Assembly: GCA_050084985.1 (NCBI GenBank)
Contig: JBITNC010000001.1
Location: 139,376,001 to 139,440,000, forward strand
Length of the DNA: 64,000 bases
From: Nageia nagi
Lineage: Eukaryota > Plantae > Pinophyta
Direction of reading: 5' to 3'
In this document: piece after piece, positions 28,301 through 42,596 of the stretch
Position numbering within the stretch: position 1 is the stretch's first letter
Layout: every line of letters begins with the position of its first letter
Notes under the pieces: model-generated
The model's database searches: none
Told to the model about the DNA's origin: nothing
The model's input: only the letters and a program-made list of their open reading frames with translations
Program-made: the position numbers and the translations under genes

Positions 28301-28731
28301 TCTTCCCATAGGTTCCAAAATAAAAGCTTTGTTACTAGATGGTAGGAACCTACAAGTTCCTAAATGAGATTTAAGCCAAATAATAGAGAAATACGAGCTT
28401 AATATAAATCTAAATTAACAAAAATAGAGCAATATGAATCAAAATAGAACAAGATAGCAACATAGTAACTTTACTAAATATCAAAATGAATCATGAGATG
28501 CTTTGAGGGGGTTATCTCCTTAAAACTCAAAATAATATATTTTCCAAGATAATTCCTATTCTTATCCCACACATATTTATAGTCCACCTACCCTAATCCT
28601 AATCAATCGTTTAATACAGAATGGCAATTCACCTAAAAATATGTTAGTCCACCTTATACTTAATATAAGTTGATAATATAATGAATTAACTACTATAATC
28701 TAAGTAAATAATAGGATATGAGATCCTAATA
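22352..28731 (-). mobile_element. Full-length degenerate chromoviral Ty3/gypsy (Reina-like size) with both LTRs, PBS, PPT and TSD
   Basis: LTRs 22352-22744 and 28340-28731 (~392 bp, tgttagga..tcctaa[c/t]a). Decayed iMet PBS at 28326-28337, PPT at ~22745-22760. Minus strand: gag (~27100-27500), protease VLINSRNTHNFM (~26650-26690), [19 protein letters not shown] (~25740-25790), RNase H IESDVFGVGIGSMLMQEG, integrase MDFIKGLP..VVVDRLSKYA, chromodomain HGLSPRDVTWE (~22815-22850). TSD cctca/ccttg. Confidence 0.95.
23341..23983. mobile_element. ~640-bp non-coding insertion with 18-bp terminal inverted repeats inside the gypsy integrase
   Basis: tgcaagaagttgggtcca (23347-23364) matches the reverse complement of 23925-23942 at 15/18 positions. 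The gypsy frame (TLTSYI|PS..LVDTTL) resumes on either side. Possible TSD atatg/atata. Confidence 0.6.
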
Positions 28732-29924
28732 CCTTGATTTCAATCTTGTCCTTTTCCTTGTGGTCTCTCATTATTTCTACAATCTCTACTCCTTGTCATA
28801 GTCAATGCTTCAACATTCCTTATAGGCTCCACTATCCTCCTTCCTGCTTTGTCTTATAAGAGGAACCACATGATATTTTCCATCTTTATATTAGTAATCT
28901 TTGTGGTCCCAATGATCAAATTATCCCATGTATTAGGAAGGTTGCACAATAGGAGAATACATTTCTTCTCATTCTTGATTGAGTCTCTTGCTGATAATAA
29001 TAGGTTTATGTGGGTGTTGAAAGTATTAATATACTTCTCTAAGCTCCCAATTTCAACCATATTCAATCCATATAACATTTTCCTCAATAGGATTAAGTTT
29101 ATCATGGATTTGGACTCGTATAGCTATCCGAGATTTTCCCATATCTCCTTAACTATCTTTACGATGATGATATTTAAGTGAACTGAATCAACCATATTTA
29201 ATCCTATAAATGCAATGTCCTTTTCATTTATCTTATCCCACTCCTCTTGTGATAACTACCCTTGGTTTGTGCTATGCAAGTACCTTTCCTTCAAATCATT
29301 CTTGTCATGGACTAACTTTTATACCCATGATGAATTACCCTTATGGATGATTTAAAGGTAAGATCTCATAGGGTTTATGATGTAATGTATAATTTGATCC
29401 TAGATTTCTTCAAAATAGCTTTAGTTGATAATTATAATTAATTGATAAGTGTTAATTATTTAAATAAATAAAATTTATCTAAATAAGAATAATGTTAGTA
29501 AGATAGTATGGTTAGTACTTAAGAAGCCAATTACTAATATTTATATTATTAGTGAGGTCAATTACCTAAATAACTAGATATTTTGATACATTTAAGATGA
29601 GGATATTTGATCAAAATATTATGGTTTTTAATCTCTCCTTAACTCCTAAGCTAAAGGAGCAAACAAGAATCCTCCTTATCATCCACTATTCCAGGCAAGC
29701 AGGGGGAATCATGCTATTCAGTAGGGATTAACTAAAAATCCCATAATAAAGGGCGGAGGCAGTTTTATTTTTACATGCGTGGAGATCTTTGCCTCCACTT
29801 CTTTTTTGGGCTGCACTGATCTCAGGAAGAGAAGTAGTCAGTTACGCTAAAAGGGCTGGGGTTTAGTTTGAGGGAGCATTCTTATCAAATTTTTAATAGG
29901 AGGTGTGGAAATATAGAAAAGGAT

Positions 29925-30660
29925 ATGAACAAAATGGTTTTCCATCAGATGCTATGGCTACGAATGCCATGATAGATATGAACCAAAAAAAATGATACAT
30001 GGAAAATAACTTTTAAATTATTTGATAAAAATGCATCATTGAAATGGAGTATTATGTACTACAATGATCAAAGGATATGCTCATTGGTGGGGTTATTGAA
30101 AAGGATCCCGTGACATTTAAGCAGATGCAAGGAATCATCTAACTTTGCTAGCATTATTTAGCACATACCATGATGGGATTTCTAGACCTGTATAATCAAG
30201 AGCAGTCGAAAATGATTTTACTTTGAATGTTGTAGTGTGAAGTATATCATTTGCCAAAATTATTTTAGCATATGCGCTATGGGAGCTCGTCGGGTAATAA
30301 AAAAATAGTTTAAAATGGTTTGTATGGAATGTTATGGTGGGAGTGCCTAAGAGATAATATACAAAATGTGGAGGCATGGAGAAGACATGCAAATTATTTT
30401 GTATATATCACAATCACAGTTTCCTGGAATGTGATGATTGAAGGTTATGCAAACATGACTAAAGCAAGGATGCCCTTAAGCTTTTGTTCTGATGAAGCAT
30501 TGGGATTAAACTCGAGCAACATAGCCTAGATACGATACCTAAGCCTATGGCATGGATACAAGGTTTACGAAAATGGCTCATCGAGCATTATAAAGAGGAT
30601 GCAGGGAGTCTTTGTAGGGTGACTTGGATGATGTTATGTGATTAATATCATTGATGGAGG
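29925..30660 (+). pseudogene. Captured PLS-class PPR gene fragment in the 5' LTR (about 500 bp shorter than the 3'-LTR copy)
   Basis: NGFPSDAMATNAMIDM..LFDK..TTMIKGYA..TFKQMQ..TFASI; TVSWNVMIEGYA. Confidence 0.8.
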
Positions 30661-33600
30661 TAAGATAAGTTTAGCTGATCTCTGAGTATGGTTTAATTAG
30701 TGCAAAGATCATTGAGGTGAAGTATTCTCTGTATTTTATTTTATTCATAATAGTTAGTGTTACATTCCTGGAGTTGAAAATAAGGAGATATTACTCATAT
30801 TAACTGTATACATTGTTAACCATGTGAAGAAAAGAATATTATACAATTATACTACCTATAGTGGCATCTCAAAGCATAGCAGAATACAAACAAAATCGTA
30901 GTGTAAGGGAAATACATATGACTATGAAAGAAAGTCAATTGGATAGATGATACTCATTTAAAGATGGAACTATTGAGATTCATGATATTGAAACCGTTTT
31001 AAATAGGATACAAATATTATCAAATAAATATAAGTAATGAGAATATTACTTATATATTACTTTTTCTCCTATACCTTTGTTAATTAGGTTACAATATTAG
31101 AAGGGATTAATTCTTTGTTTAAAGATAAAGTTGTGATTTTTACAGGGGAGACTATTTCCTAAAAGATTTAGGATATGGGTAATGTAAAATTTAACCCATC
31201 CTAGGCGATTGAAAATATTGTTTGATTCTTCCTAGTCAAGACATTTTACTTAACCACGGTATCTTGAAAGTAAAATATAGAAGACATATGGTTTTCAATT
31301 TCTTTTACCTAGACTAAACTTACCATTGTATTGAAGATTAGGACTTGTTCCTGTGAAAATATTTAGTTTATTAAGAATTAAGTTTTGGCAATTATAATAT
31401 TAATTAGATGTACTTGATTGAATTGAAAACTAAAAACTAATTATGTTTTTAAAACTAAATCTTAATGATAATAGTTTTGATTTTAAGCAAAAAATTATTT
31501 ATTACCAGTAAATCATTGCTATTTGGTTGTGGCAAGAAAGATCGACATATTTACATATTTCAAAATAAGTTAAAGGTTACTAAGAGAAAAATAAGGTTTA
31601 TACGGATTTATTTGATATATATAGTATGAATGAATTATATTTTGATTATATTATGTCATTGAGAATGATAAGGCATGAGCCATTATTATAGCTGAACCAT
31701 AGAATACTTTTCCTTAATATTGGTTTAGAGAAAATGGTAGTTTGGTGATTTACATGGGTAGGACATTGAATGAAAATATAATTGTATATGAATATTCCTT
31801 AGAAAATATTCCTCAAGTTTGTAATGATATAGAATTACTACAATGGTTATATTAGCACATTGTATTATGTAAGTCTATGGCATCATCGTTTAAATATTAT
31901 GATTATTTTATTTACAAATGTGTAAGTAGTGCTTGATGTGTACTTAGGGGATGAACTCATGGTGTTTTAGATAAACCAAGGGATGATTTCAAGATCCTTG
32001 TATAAATTGAAATAGTTGAAACACTATTGCATGCCTTTGGATTGCATAGGAAATTGTGAAAGGTTGAGTTCACTTTACTAGGTTGATAAATGAATCATGT
32101 TAACATAGTGTATGTTTTGAAATGTTGAAAGAGATGTAGGTTTTGAAAATGTAATATTTATGATAATAAAGTATTATTAAGTAGCATAGCTACTAAGGGT
32201 TTACCTAGTGTCTCAACATCCAAGGTTTCTCTCAAGAATTAGCTCAAATCATGTGTTACGTGGAATATCTTTATGGAATCTAATGTTTCCTAATTTTTAT
32301 ATTATAATTTGAAGATTGTTAAATTAATGGATATTTTGTTAGTTGTTTAATTGATTTATATGTTCAAAGAGATTAAAATATAGTAATTATGTGTCAATTT
32401 TGACATAGTGGTTATGTAAATATGTATCATGACGTGTTAAATTTTTGAATTTTTAGTTAAGATAAATTAACCTTTATATTTGAAATAATATTTTGATAAG
32501 TTTATTGAAATGAGAAACTTTTGAGAACCTTTATATTAATTATATAGTTTGTTAAGGAGTACTAAACTTGTGAAAATATGTGATTATGATTCTTTGTTAG
32601 AAATGAAATAATGTACAATGTTAAACAAGTACTTTGAAATGAATATTTGATCAATCATATTATGAATGTTCGATATGTGTGAAAGTAGAATCATATTTGG
32701 TTTGTTGAATGGAACTCACCTAAAATTTATTTAAAAAAAAATTTGTTGGGTTTGTTTTAGAGTGAGATAGCAGTATCTAACATGTGGTATCAGAGCAAAG
32801 ATCAAACACTTGGGCCTATGGACTAACTACTTCTTTTGATAGCGTGAAATGTTTAGTTTTTGAAAAAATGTGGTAAAAAGGTATTAGTGCTATGTGGAGA
32901 GAAATGGTAATACCTTATACCTCTTTGTTGAATATCAATGATTGGTAAGGATTAGCTCCTAGAAATTATTAAGATCAATAAGTTTTATTGATAAAAGGTA
33001 ATTTTTCCATTTTTAGATAGATATTTAGCATATGATTCCTTCCTATTCTAAGATCAAATGGATGAAATATGTATTTGATGTGTATATTTATGTTTATAAA
33101 TATTTATTGATGCATCATGATATATGACTTTTTGCATTTCAAATTTGAAAAGGAAAGTAATATGCTCAAGGAGGTGGAAACAAATCAAGAACACCAAATG
33201 AGATATATTTTAGGATTTGTTAAGTAAATTGTCAAAATTTGATATTAAATACTAGGAAATTTATCAATTTTGAAATGATTGATTTGCATTAGAAAATTAG
33301 GTTTAGGAATCTAATCTAAAGATACCATTCTTCATGCTTATTGTTATCAAACCTTTAGTTGATTACTTATTGTCAACATTAAACTCATATAGTTGTTGAT
33401 CACTAAGATTTAAATATTTATGATTTCTTTGAGAGAATTAGAAAATATATCAAAATATTATTTAAATGAAAAAATATGGATGCTAATAAAATAGAGTTTT
33501 TTCATAATGACTTAGGTATTAGTTTACTTTTATGATAAAAATTTCAACCTAATGGATCATAATACCTAAACTTTGCTAAAATAGATAAAAACCTAATGAT

Positions 33601-35444
33601 TGATAAACTACTAGATATCCTAATACATCTACTAATGATGTGATGGTATGAAACTTTTCTTTTGCACTTGTTTATCAACATGGTAATAAATATATAATGT
33701 GTAAACTAGGTCTATCCAACCTAATTTATCATAAGAAGCTTGAAATACCAAGGTGTTATGTGAATCTAGGAATCATAGAGTTTGGTTCTAGTAAGAAAAT
33801 TTAGAAAGCATGATTGTGGACTAAAATATTGGCAGGATACACCATGCTTCATAAGGATAAGTTGTGATGAACTCTCTTTTCCTTTAATTTATTAAAGGAT
33901 AAGAATTGAAATATGTTGTTTAAGACATGAAGTTTTATTGATTTATTGGTGAAAATGTGTTTATTATTAGATTCATATGAGGTTTTGAATATGAATAAAT
34001 CCATGCTAATATGGAATAACATGAAATGGTCAAATATGTACCATGAGATAACAATATTCCTAGGAACCTATGCTAGACATAGGCATGTAGTATGAAAAAA
34101 ATGTTTTGAGAACCATCGATGAATGGTATAGTAATAACTTTTATAAGGTTGTCTATACAATATTTCTTTGAGAAATTATCAATAATATTTTATGACACAT
34201 TTAATGAAAATAATCCATGGATGAGCACTATGGTTCCTTGAGAGGAATATTATCAAAATCCATTGATGGAATGAAGTTGTGTACTAAGAAATAAATAAGG
34301 GTATCAATCATACATTATTCAAAAATGAATAAATATTTAGTAAAGATTTCATATATATTTAATATTTGGTAAAAATTCCTTATATTCAATATTTACTATG
34401 ACTGTAGCATCATTTTTAATGAAAAGGTAAATATTAATCCTCACATGTTGAAAACAAGATTATATGCATGAAACATAGAAGTTTTATGTTGTAATTATTA
34501 TGGATTGGAAAATTTTTATACCCAATTTTGGGGTATCAATAAATCAAGTAAAAAACAAAAATTGAAAACTTAGGAATCTAGAATAAAAGAAGGAAAATTA
34601 TCTTCTTAAGTTATCTTTTGCACTTTAAGAGACCTAACTTTTGGATAAATTTAAGAGTTAGAACTCAAAAATATATAATCATGCTTAAGGATTACCTTTT
34701 CAAATGATATGAATAAGGTAGGAGCATGTTTTGAATTGAAATTTATTCTCTTTTGTGTGAGGTTTAGTTTGACTTCTCCTTCTTAGTCATAACATGTCAG
34801 ACTATGTTTAATCCTAGTGGGGGAGTATGTCATGGACCAACTTTTACACCCTTGATGATTTACCATTATGGATGATTTAAAGGGAACATCTCCTAGGGTT
34901 TGCAATGTATTATATAATTTGATCATAGATGTATATAAAATGACTTTAGTTGATATGGTGAATTGTTAATTATTTAGATAAATAAAGTTGATTTAAATAA
35001 GAATAATATTAGTAAGTTATTATGGTTATTACTGAAGAAGCTAATTACTAATATTTATATTATTAGTGAGGTCAATTACCTAAATAACTATATATTTTGA
35101 TATCTTTAAGATGAAGATATTTGATCAAAATATTATTGATTTTTAATCTCTCCTTAATCGCCAAGCTTTAGGAGTGAACAAGACTCCTCCTTATCATCCA
35201 TTATTGTTGGTAATTAGGGGAAATCATGCTATTTAGTAGGGATTAACTAAAAATCCCATGATGGATGGTGGAGGTAGTTTTATTTTTACATGCATGGAGA
35301 TTTTTGCCTCCACTTTTCTTTTCGTTGCATTGATCTCAAGAAGAGGAGTAATTAGTTATGCTAAAAGGGCTTGCAGTTATATTTTGAGGGAGGATTATTA
35401 TCAAATTTGGAGTGGGAGGTATCAAAAAATAGAAAAGTATATAA

Positions 35445-36700
35445 ACAAAATGGTTTTCTATTGGATGCTATGGATGCAAATGCCATGATAGATATGAACT
35501 CAAAAATATATGATACATGAAAAATGGCTTTTGAATTGTTTGATAAAAATGCCTCATCAAAATGTAGTATTATGTACTATAATGATTGAAGGATATGCTC
35601 ATTAGTGTGATTATTGAAAAACATCCCAAAACATTTAACTAGAACCAATTTTTAATAGTAAACAATGACTCCTCTATCTTTGTTAGCATTCTTCAGCATG
35701 TTCCATGATTTGAGATTTGGATGACTGTAATCAAGAGTAGCTGAAAATGATTTTACTTTGAATGTTGTTATGTGAATTGTATCCTTAAACAACATTATTT
35801 AAGCATGTATGCTATGGGATCTCATCAGGTAATCAAAGAATAGTTTAAAATAGTACATATGGAATGTTGTAGTGGGAGTGCCTAAGAGACAATATAGAAA
35901 ATATGGAGGCATGGAGAAGACACATGAATTATTTGATAAGGTGAATATCATAATCATAATTTCTTAAAATGTGGTGATTAGAGGTTATACAAACATGGAT
36001 AAAGAAAATATTTCCTTAAGCTCTTGTTCTAATGAAGTATTGGGATTCAACTTGAGCAGTATAACCTTTGGATGTGTTCCATTTACATACAACTATATTG
36101 TTCTAGAGGGCAAGCACTATATATGCCCTAATGGCATGAGTGTACCTTATTGTATTATTTTTGAAATGGATTTTTATACATGAATAGTTGACCTTGGCCA
36201 TGCAAGATTTCTTGAGGAAGCTTTTAACTTTATTACCAAGATGTATTAGAACCCAAACTATGCATGATGTAGGAGACTTGCAAATTGATTGAGTATATGT
36301 AGAGAAGGTACATGTTAATTTTTTAAAAAGATTCAAACTTCATTCGATAAGATGCCCATAATTTAACCTAATTTCATATGTGGAGGCATCTATTTGGAAG
36401 GTGTATCACACCCATAAACACAAATGATAAGTAGATAATTGGAGAAATTATTGCATGATGTGAAAATAAAAGGTAGTGTTCCCATGATACATGGAGTGAA
36501 TGATGAGTAGGTACTCTATATACAATACTTATTCTCATTTGATGTGGAGGTTGAGGTATTCCAAATATGATACCTAAGTATCATGGCATGGAGATAGGGT
36601 TCACCAAAATGCCTTATCGAGCACTATAACAAGGATGGAAGGAGTGTACATAGGGTGATTTGGATGATATTTTGTGATTGATAGCATTGATGGAGGTAAG
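35445..36700 (+). pseudogene. Captured PLS-class PPR(-E/DYW-like) gene fragment in the 3' LTR
   Basis: NAMIDM..AFELFDK..MIEGYA; SSITFGCVPFTYNY..LEG..NGMSVPYCIIFEMDFYT*IVDLGHARFLEEAFNFITKM (L2/S2 motifs); TYVEASIW-like E motif; KIKGSVP resembling E+ KxxGYVP. Confidence 0.85.
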
Positions 36701-39559
36701 AAAAATCTAGCTGATCTTTGTGTGGGGTTGGATTGGTGAAAAGATTATTGAGGTAAAGTGTTCTTTGTATTTTATTTTATTCATAACAACTAGTGTTACC
36801 TTCCTAAAGAGTTTAAAATAAGTAGATATTACTCATATTATGTGTATATGGTGTTAACCATGTGAAAAAAGAGTATTATACAATTATACTACCTATAGTG
36901 TGCATCTCAAACCATAGAAAAATACACAAAAAATACTAGTGTAAGGGAAATACATATGATTATGAAAGAAACTCAATTGGGTAGATGATACTCATTTAAA
37001 GTTGTAACTATTTAAATTCATGATATTGAAATTGTCCTTAATGGGATACAAATATTATTAAATAAATATAAGAAATGACAAGTCATACATGAAACTCTTC
37101 TATAAAATATTGACATGTCATTCATTTTAATGCATCCTCTCATTAAATTTTAGGTAGTACTTAGTAAAGAATAATCCAAAAGAAAAGTAACTACATCTTT
37201 TCAACCTATTTGAGGATAGAGTTTCAAATAATGATAAAGATTATTTTGAAACACTATCTAGAATGGGAAAAAATTATTCGTAGATAAAATATATCAAGGT
37301 TTATAACAATTTCAATTAGATATGGTTGACAACAAGTTGGTAATATTTTTATGGTTTTATTTTAAGTTAAACTTTTTTGATCATATTAAATATTATGTAT
37401 ATGATTCTTTTTACTTAATTAATTTCCATGATAATATAGTCAAATTTTATTTTGAAATGCTATTCTCAAACATTCCATATTGTTGGTTTGTACTTGACTT
37501 CTACACAAGTTTGGAGGATGTCTTCATCAATAATGATTACAACTACATAAAAAAGACATCTTCCATGGTAGAAATAACTACAATTGAAGGTCATTATAGT
37601 TGAAGGAAATTCCAATTACATTCAAGCTTGAGGTTGAAGATCATATTCTATTAGTGAAGGATATGTTATGATTTTCAATCATATTTGTAATATTAGAGCC
37701 TTCAAAGCTTAATCTTGATAAGGATGTTAGTTTCTACTTTTCCCTTGCACCTAAATCTCATGAAGTTTTGAGTGTAACTAGGAGACATTTTCCATGGTTG
37801 AAAGACTATTTTGTACTCAAATTTTAATCATTCAATATATATATATACTAATTGGTTCTTTCTTTCAAAAATTTGCTATACTTTTTAAAATAAAAACTTT
37901 TTTGCCAACCTTTTACATCCATTTTCAAAAATTAATCAAAAGTTGCCTAATAATTTACATTATTTTTGAAAAATTGCCATTAATTCTAATAAGGTTTTGT
38001 TTACATTTTCCTAGAGTTTATAGGTCCATTTTAGATGAGGGGTATTAAAATTTTCCCTACAAGTTAGTTGGATTGATCATCATTGCATGTAAGCTGGAAT
38101 AAGAATTCTTATGCAGATGTATAATGAAATAAAAGATAGAATGATACAAAATATCATTATAGTAATTAAATATAATGCTCAATGATCAATTATAGTCAAT
38201 TCTTAAGTATTATCCAATGTTGAATATGATCCAATTTCACAATATGATTCAATGATAATATATGATCCAATGCACCTAGGTCTTGTAAGATAACACTTCA
38301 TCAACAACATATATGCATATTTCATTGTTTTAATCATAAATGCATCATGAATGGAGTAATACATCATGAGTTCAATCATAATCATATCATATAATGTAAT
38401 ATCCAAGTCATAAAATATAATAACCAAATCATCATACAACCATCAAGTCCATATATCTATTATAAACACAATCATTTATATAACAAAATTATGGTCTTAT
38501 GATATGGCCTCTGAGAAACAAATATAGATAGTAAAATTATATCATGATCCCTCATGCTTGCACTACTCATATTTTATAGATATATCTTTACATGATTGTA
38601 CTTAGTTATTATCGAGCATTAAAATTTTATGATACATTAATTACACTCAAATTACCAATTTGAATTCGATACTTATTTTTATATTGCATGAAAAATCATC
38701 AAGTGATAATATATACAAGGCATAAAAGATAATGAAACCATCTTGTGTATTTTAAGGAGATGTAAAATATCATGAGAACTAAAATTATATCTCCTTGCTT
38801 TTGCATGAAATTAATATAAAAATAATATATACACAATTGATCCTATTTTAACATGAAAGATTCATTGGTCTTTGCTAAAAGAAATTAAAAATATAAAACC
38901 ATTGGGTGCAAAGTATATGTTTAACTATGATTAAACACCATGATACATTATTCATTGACTTTATTTTTAAATTAAAGGATTTAAACACCACCATACACCA
39001 TACATTGGAAAATAAATTATAAACATTCAATGTGCTATGTATATTTGACCTTGTTTAAAATTGAAAAGAGGAAACATGCCATACATGGAAGGAGAATATT
39101 AAACATTATACATTGACTTTGATTAAATAAAAGAGGGAGCACAACTTAAGAATTTCGAGAGATTAATCTATGTTGGGCAAATGAAATTAAAACTTAGAGG
39201 GGGTTCATATTATTATTAAGTTATGTAGCTTGATAATGTGTTCATATTTCTTATAAATAATGATAGAAAAAGATTATAAGGGGGTTCAATATTTGATACT
39301 TTGAGTTTAAGTTAAAAAATAATGTTGTGGTGTTGGTTAGAAATTGGGATGTGACATCATGAGTGGCATATATTTTTCCCAAATTTCCATAACAAATTTT
39401 TTAAAATAAGATTAATGAGCACAAACGTGAAGGAATTTATGGTTAAAATTGTATTGTAAAATAATATTCCAAATACTATTAAGAATTGTATACTTTTTTC
39501 TAACCTTAGAACATGATTATAATGACTTCATAGAAAAGTGTAAAAATGTCAAAAATAGT

Positions 39560-40477
39560 TCCTTAGGTACACTTCTATATAATAACTTAACTATATCTAG
39601 TTTCTTTGTGGCCATTTTATATTTGTAGTACATATATCATTGGAATGGTTAATAACCACTTATAGGATATTCATGAGTTTAGCATATTAAAAAAATAATA
39701 TTTATAAAATGGGAGCAAGAAATACACTTAGTATCACAAAAAATATTATGAAGTTAATCATAAATAACATTATGAGAAGATTTGAGATTTCATCCTAACT
39801 CAATGGATAATGGAACTAAATTTGCAAGCAAGGAATTAAAGGCATTTTATAAGAAATATTATATTGATTAAAATTAAAAATATTGTATTATACATAAAAT
39901 AAATGATCAAGAGAAAGAAATAAAAAATGAAATTATTAATATTTTATGAAAAAATAATAGTTGACTATGGAAAAGATTGCTATACTTAGCTACTATTTAC
40001 ATTATGAACTTATGAGATCAACACTAGAATTTCAAGTGGGGTAATTAATTTCTCATTAGTACAGGGTAAGCAGGTTGTAGTTATATTATAATTGATTATA
40101 TATTTCCTTAGTTCTTCACTTAAAGACATAATTTCAAAAGTTCATACAAAAGGTAAGTAAGGTTATAACATTTGCAATAATTAGATAAGATGATACATAA
40201 AATGGAACAACCCAAAGCATGGTATAATAGGATAAACAAGAGATAGAGTAATAAAATTCAACTAAGATGGTTTCAATATGAAAATATTGTTCTTAAGAAA
40301 GACTAGAGAAAACATAAGCAAAAGAAACATGTTTGAAGGAAAATTTGATCTTAATTTGTTGATCCCTTATATCATCACTGAAAAGTTCAACTTTAGGGAA
40401 TATAACTTAGTAATAATGAAAATACGAATCTTTCTAAATAAATGAGTATCATGTATCTCAAAATGTATTATACTTAA
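39560..40477 (+). mobile_element. Tat/Ogre-type gypsy integrase remnant forming the 5' part of the repeated unit (copy B)
   Basis: LWPFYICSTYIIG (PWPFxxWGxDIIG), KWxxEIxL, NIMRRFEI, MDNGTKF, FSLVQGKQVV, GKFDLNLLIPYII, YLKMYYT*. Confidence 0.8.
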
Positions 40478-42596
40478 CCAGACTAACATAATAAATGCAA
40501 TTAATATTTTTCTATGTTTAAATATGTTCTTTCTACATTTCCTTATCATTCCTATATTTTGGGATTACTTAAATATTTCATGATTTATCTTCAAAAATAA
40601 ATTAAAATGTGCTTAAAATTATTGAAAATTACATAATTATTTTAATAAAAAAGGATGTTTTGAAAATTTAATTTATAATTATAAAGTATCAATGATGCTT
40701 TATTAATTTTGAAATTTCAATCTGAGTTTATTATAATAATTATTAGTTTATTATTCAATTTATATTAGTAATAAAATAATAAATATTACTTTTATGGATT
40801 TTGAAACCTCAAAAGATCATTTTTAAATCAATAGTACTCTAATACATCTACTCCTTAAATGACTAAATTATACAATACTCATTCCTAGTATTCTTGAATT
40901 TCTAGAATGGGACACATTATAGGTCTTAAATGGCTTGAAACATAAATACCATTGAATGTATGTAACATATATATTACAAAATTATTAGTTACTTTAAATA
41001 TCATATGCTAAAATTATCATATTTGTAATATCATAATATTTCTACCATATTCTTACCTATCAATGTTGAATTTATTAATATTCATAATTATTTACTATAA
41101 ATTTTATTACTATTGATATTTAGGGGAGGTGCCTAATCATTATGTAATAATTTTCATCATTTTTAAACACCCAACACAAGCATCCAAACATTCAAAAACC
41201 TCATTTTCTTTTTAGGATTCATTCAGTTTCATAATAATGGAACCATAAGACTTATTTTTGTAATATTTGAGGAATCTCCTATAAGGTTGTATTATATAAT
41301 GCACAATTATTAATTTTAGATAATATCAATGCAATCTTGTTTATCCTATAAAATGAACCCTTATTTTCACCCTAAAAATATAACAAGATCATATCATTAG
41401 ATTAAGATTATAATATTATGTTGATTAAGAAATGAACATCTAGCACACATGAATCCCATACTTATAAGATTATCACTAAAACATATCAGCATATATTCAA
41501 GCAAAATTGAAGTTGTAAAAATATATTAAAACATGCTTCTAACCCAAACCAATTACCATTAAGCATATATTATTGAAATGCACTTAATCTCATACCCTAC
41601 TCCCAAAAATATTCTTGTTATAATATCTTAGACCTAAAATGCATGTAATTTAGTATCAAGCCTTATCAACTCATCAAAGTTAAATTAAGTCACTATAAAT
41701 TACTTCTATGATCATCTTTCAACATATTTAAATTAGAAACATCATTTCAAATATTGAAACCAAAATAGAGCTTACTCTTTGAAAACATAATCAATTTGTT
41801 AACAAACATATCATCATCCACATTAACCAAATAATTCTTTATCTTATATCCCATCTTTGATTACTACTATGGGACATACATTCTATGCAATGATCTACTA
41901 CAATCATCCCATTGATTGATTGATCTATGTATGGATGTTAATATACTTTACCTTTACCTTACTATTATATCTCTTATATTATATAAACACATAATCCAAA
42001 CATCAAAATTATTTTTTAGTATTGAACTTAATTTAGAAAATATCCTATAAGTAATTTGATCAAAGAATACTTTCCAACTTATAATCATCATCTAAGTGAA
42101 CTACACGGATCAAAGAGATTAAGAAGATCAAAGAGATATTTATAAATCAAAAAAAAAATTATGAGAGAAAAATTATAACAAACTTAAAAATGTCAATAAT
42201 GTGTATCTTAGTCATATTTCAAATTTAATATCCCTCTTTGTCTTTTAAAGATAAGAAATTTAAATAAGGCAAGAGAATATCGAGGTCTCATTGGCGTATG
42301 CAAAAGTAACAAGGTATATAAAAAATGAAAAATTATTAGAGTACTACTGAATAAATACAAGTTTCTCCTTAATCTCTTCCTCGTCAAATTATTGCAACAA
42401 TTTAAAAAAGATATCTACTAAAATATTTAGCAATTTGGTAATTTTTAAAAGAGCATTGCAGCTAGAAGATAATAAGTGTTTTACCTACTATTCAAAGATA
42501 TATGAATACTTTGTTGCCAAACTAATTTCTTCTTATTGTTGTAAATATCATATCATTTGAATTTTATTAATTCTAATTACATGAAATTATTCTAAA

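Larger units (their letters stand above)
18684..29302 (-). mobile_element. Degenerate Ty1/copia element (copy A), split by a nested gypsy and cut in gag by an LTR element
   Basis: 172-bp LTR 18684-18855 (tgtta..caaca). Minus strand: RNase H TEHIKVRYHFIKE (~19110-19140), RT LALYINDI (~19890), integrase ITFIDDFS/VLSTNNGGEY (21360-21510), protease IESGALFHMT (22152). Gag UBN2-like CILLLCNLPNTWDNL at 28854-29105. Confidence 0.92.
29303..37080 (+). mobile_element. Non-autonomous LTR retroelement (LARD-like, gypsy-derived) with ~3.5-kb LTRs
   Basis: 5' LTR 29303-32782 (tgtca..taaca), exact iMet PBS tggtatcagagc at 32785-32796, ~2-kb internal region with only faint pol traces, and PPT agtgggggagta at 34816-34827. 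The 3' LTR from 34828 aligns to the 5' LTR until ~37078 (= ~31040), where it is truncated. Confidence 0.9.

Noticed and set aside
37076-37080. tgaca as the true 3' end of the PPR-carrying LTR (inverse of tgtca)
   Set aside because: The 5' LTR continues ~1.7 kb further to the PBS, the flanks (attct vs agtca) are not a TSD, and the host copia gag does not resume. It is more likely a truncation point.
37081-39559. Faint gypsy end/LTR-like traces (e.g. ~37620-37670)
   Set aside because: Too decayed to assign boundaries or domains by eye.
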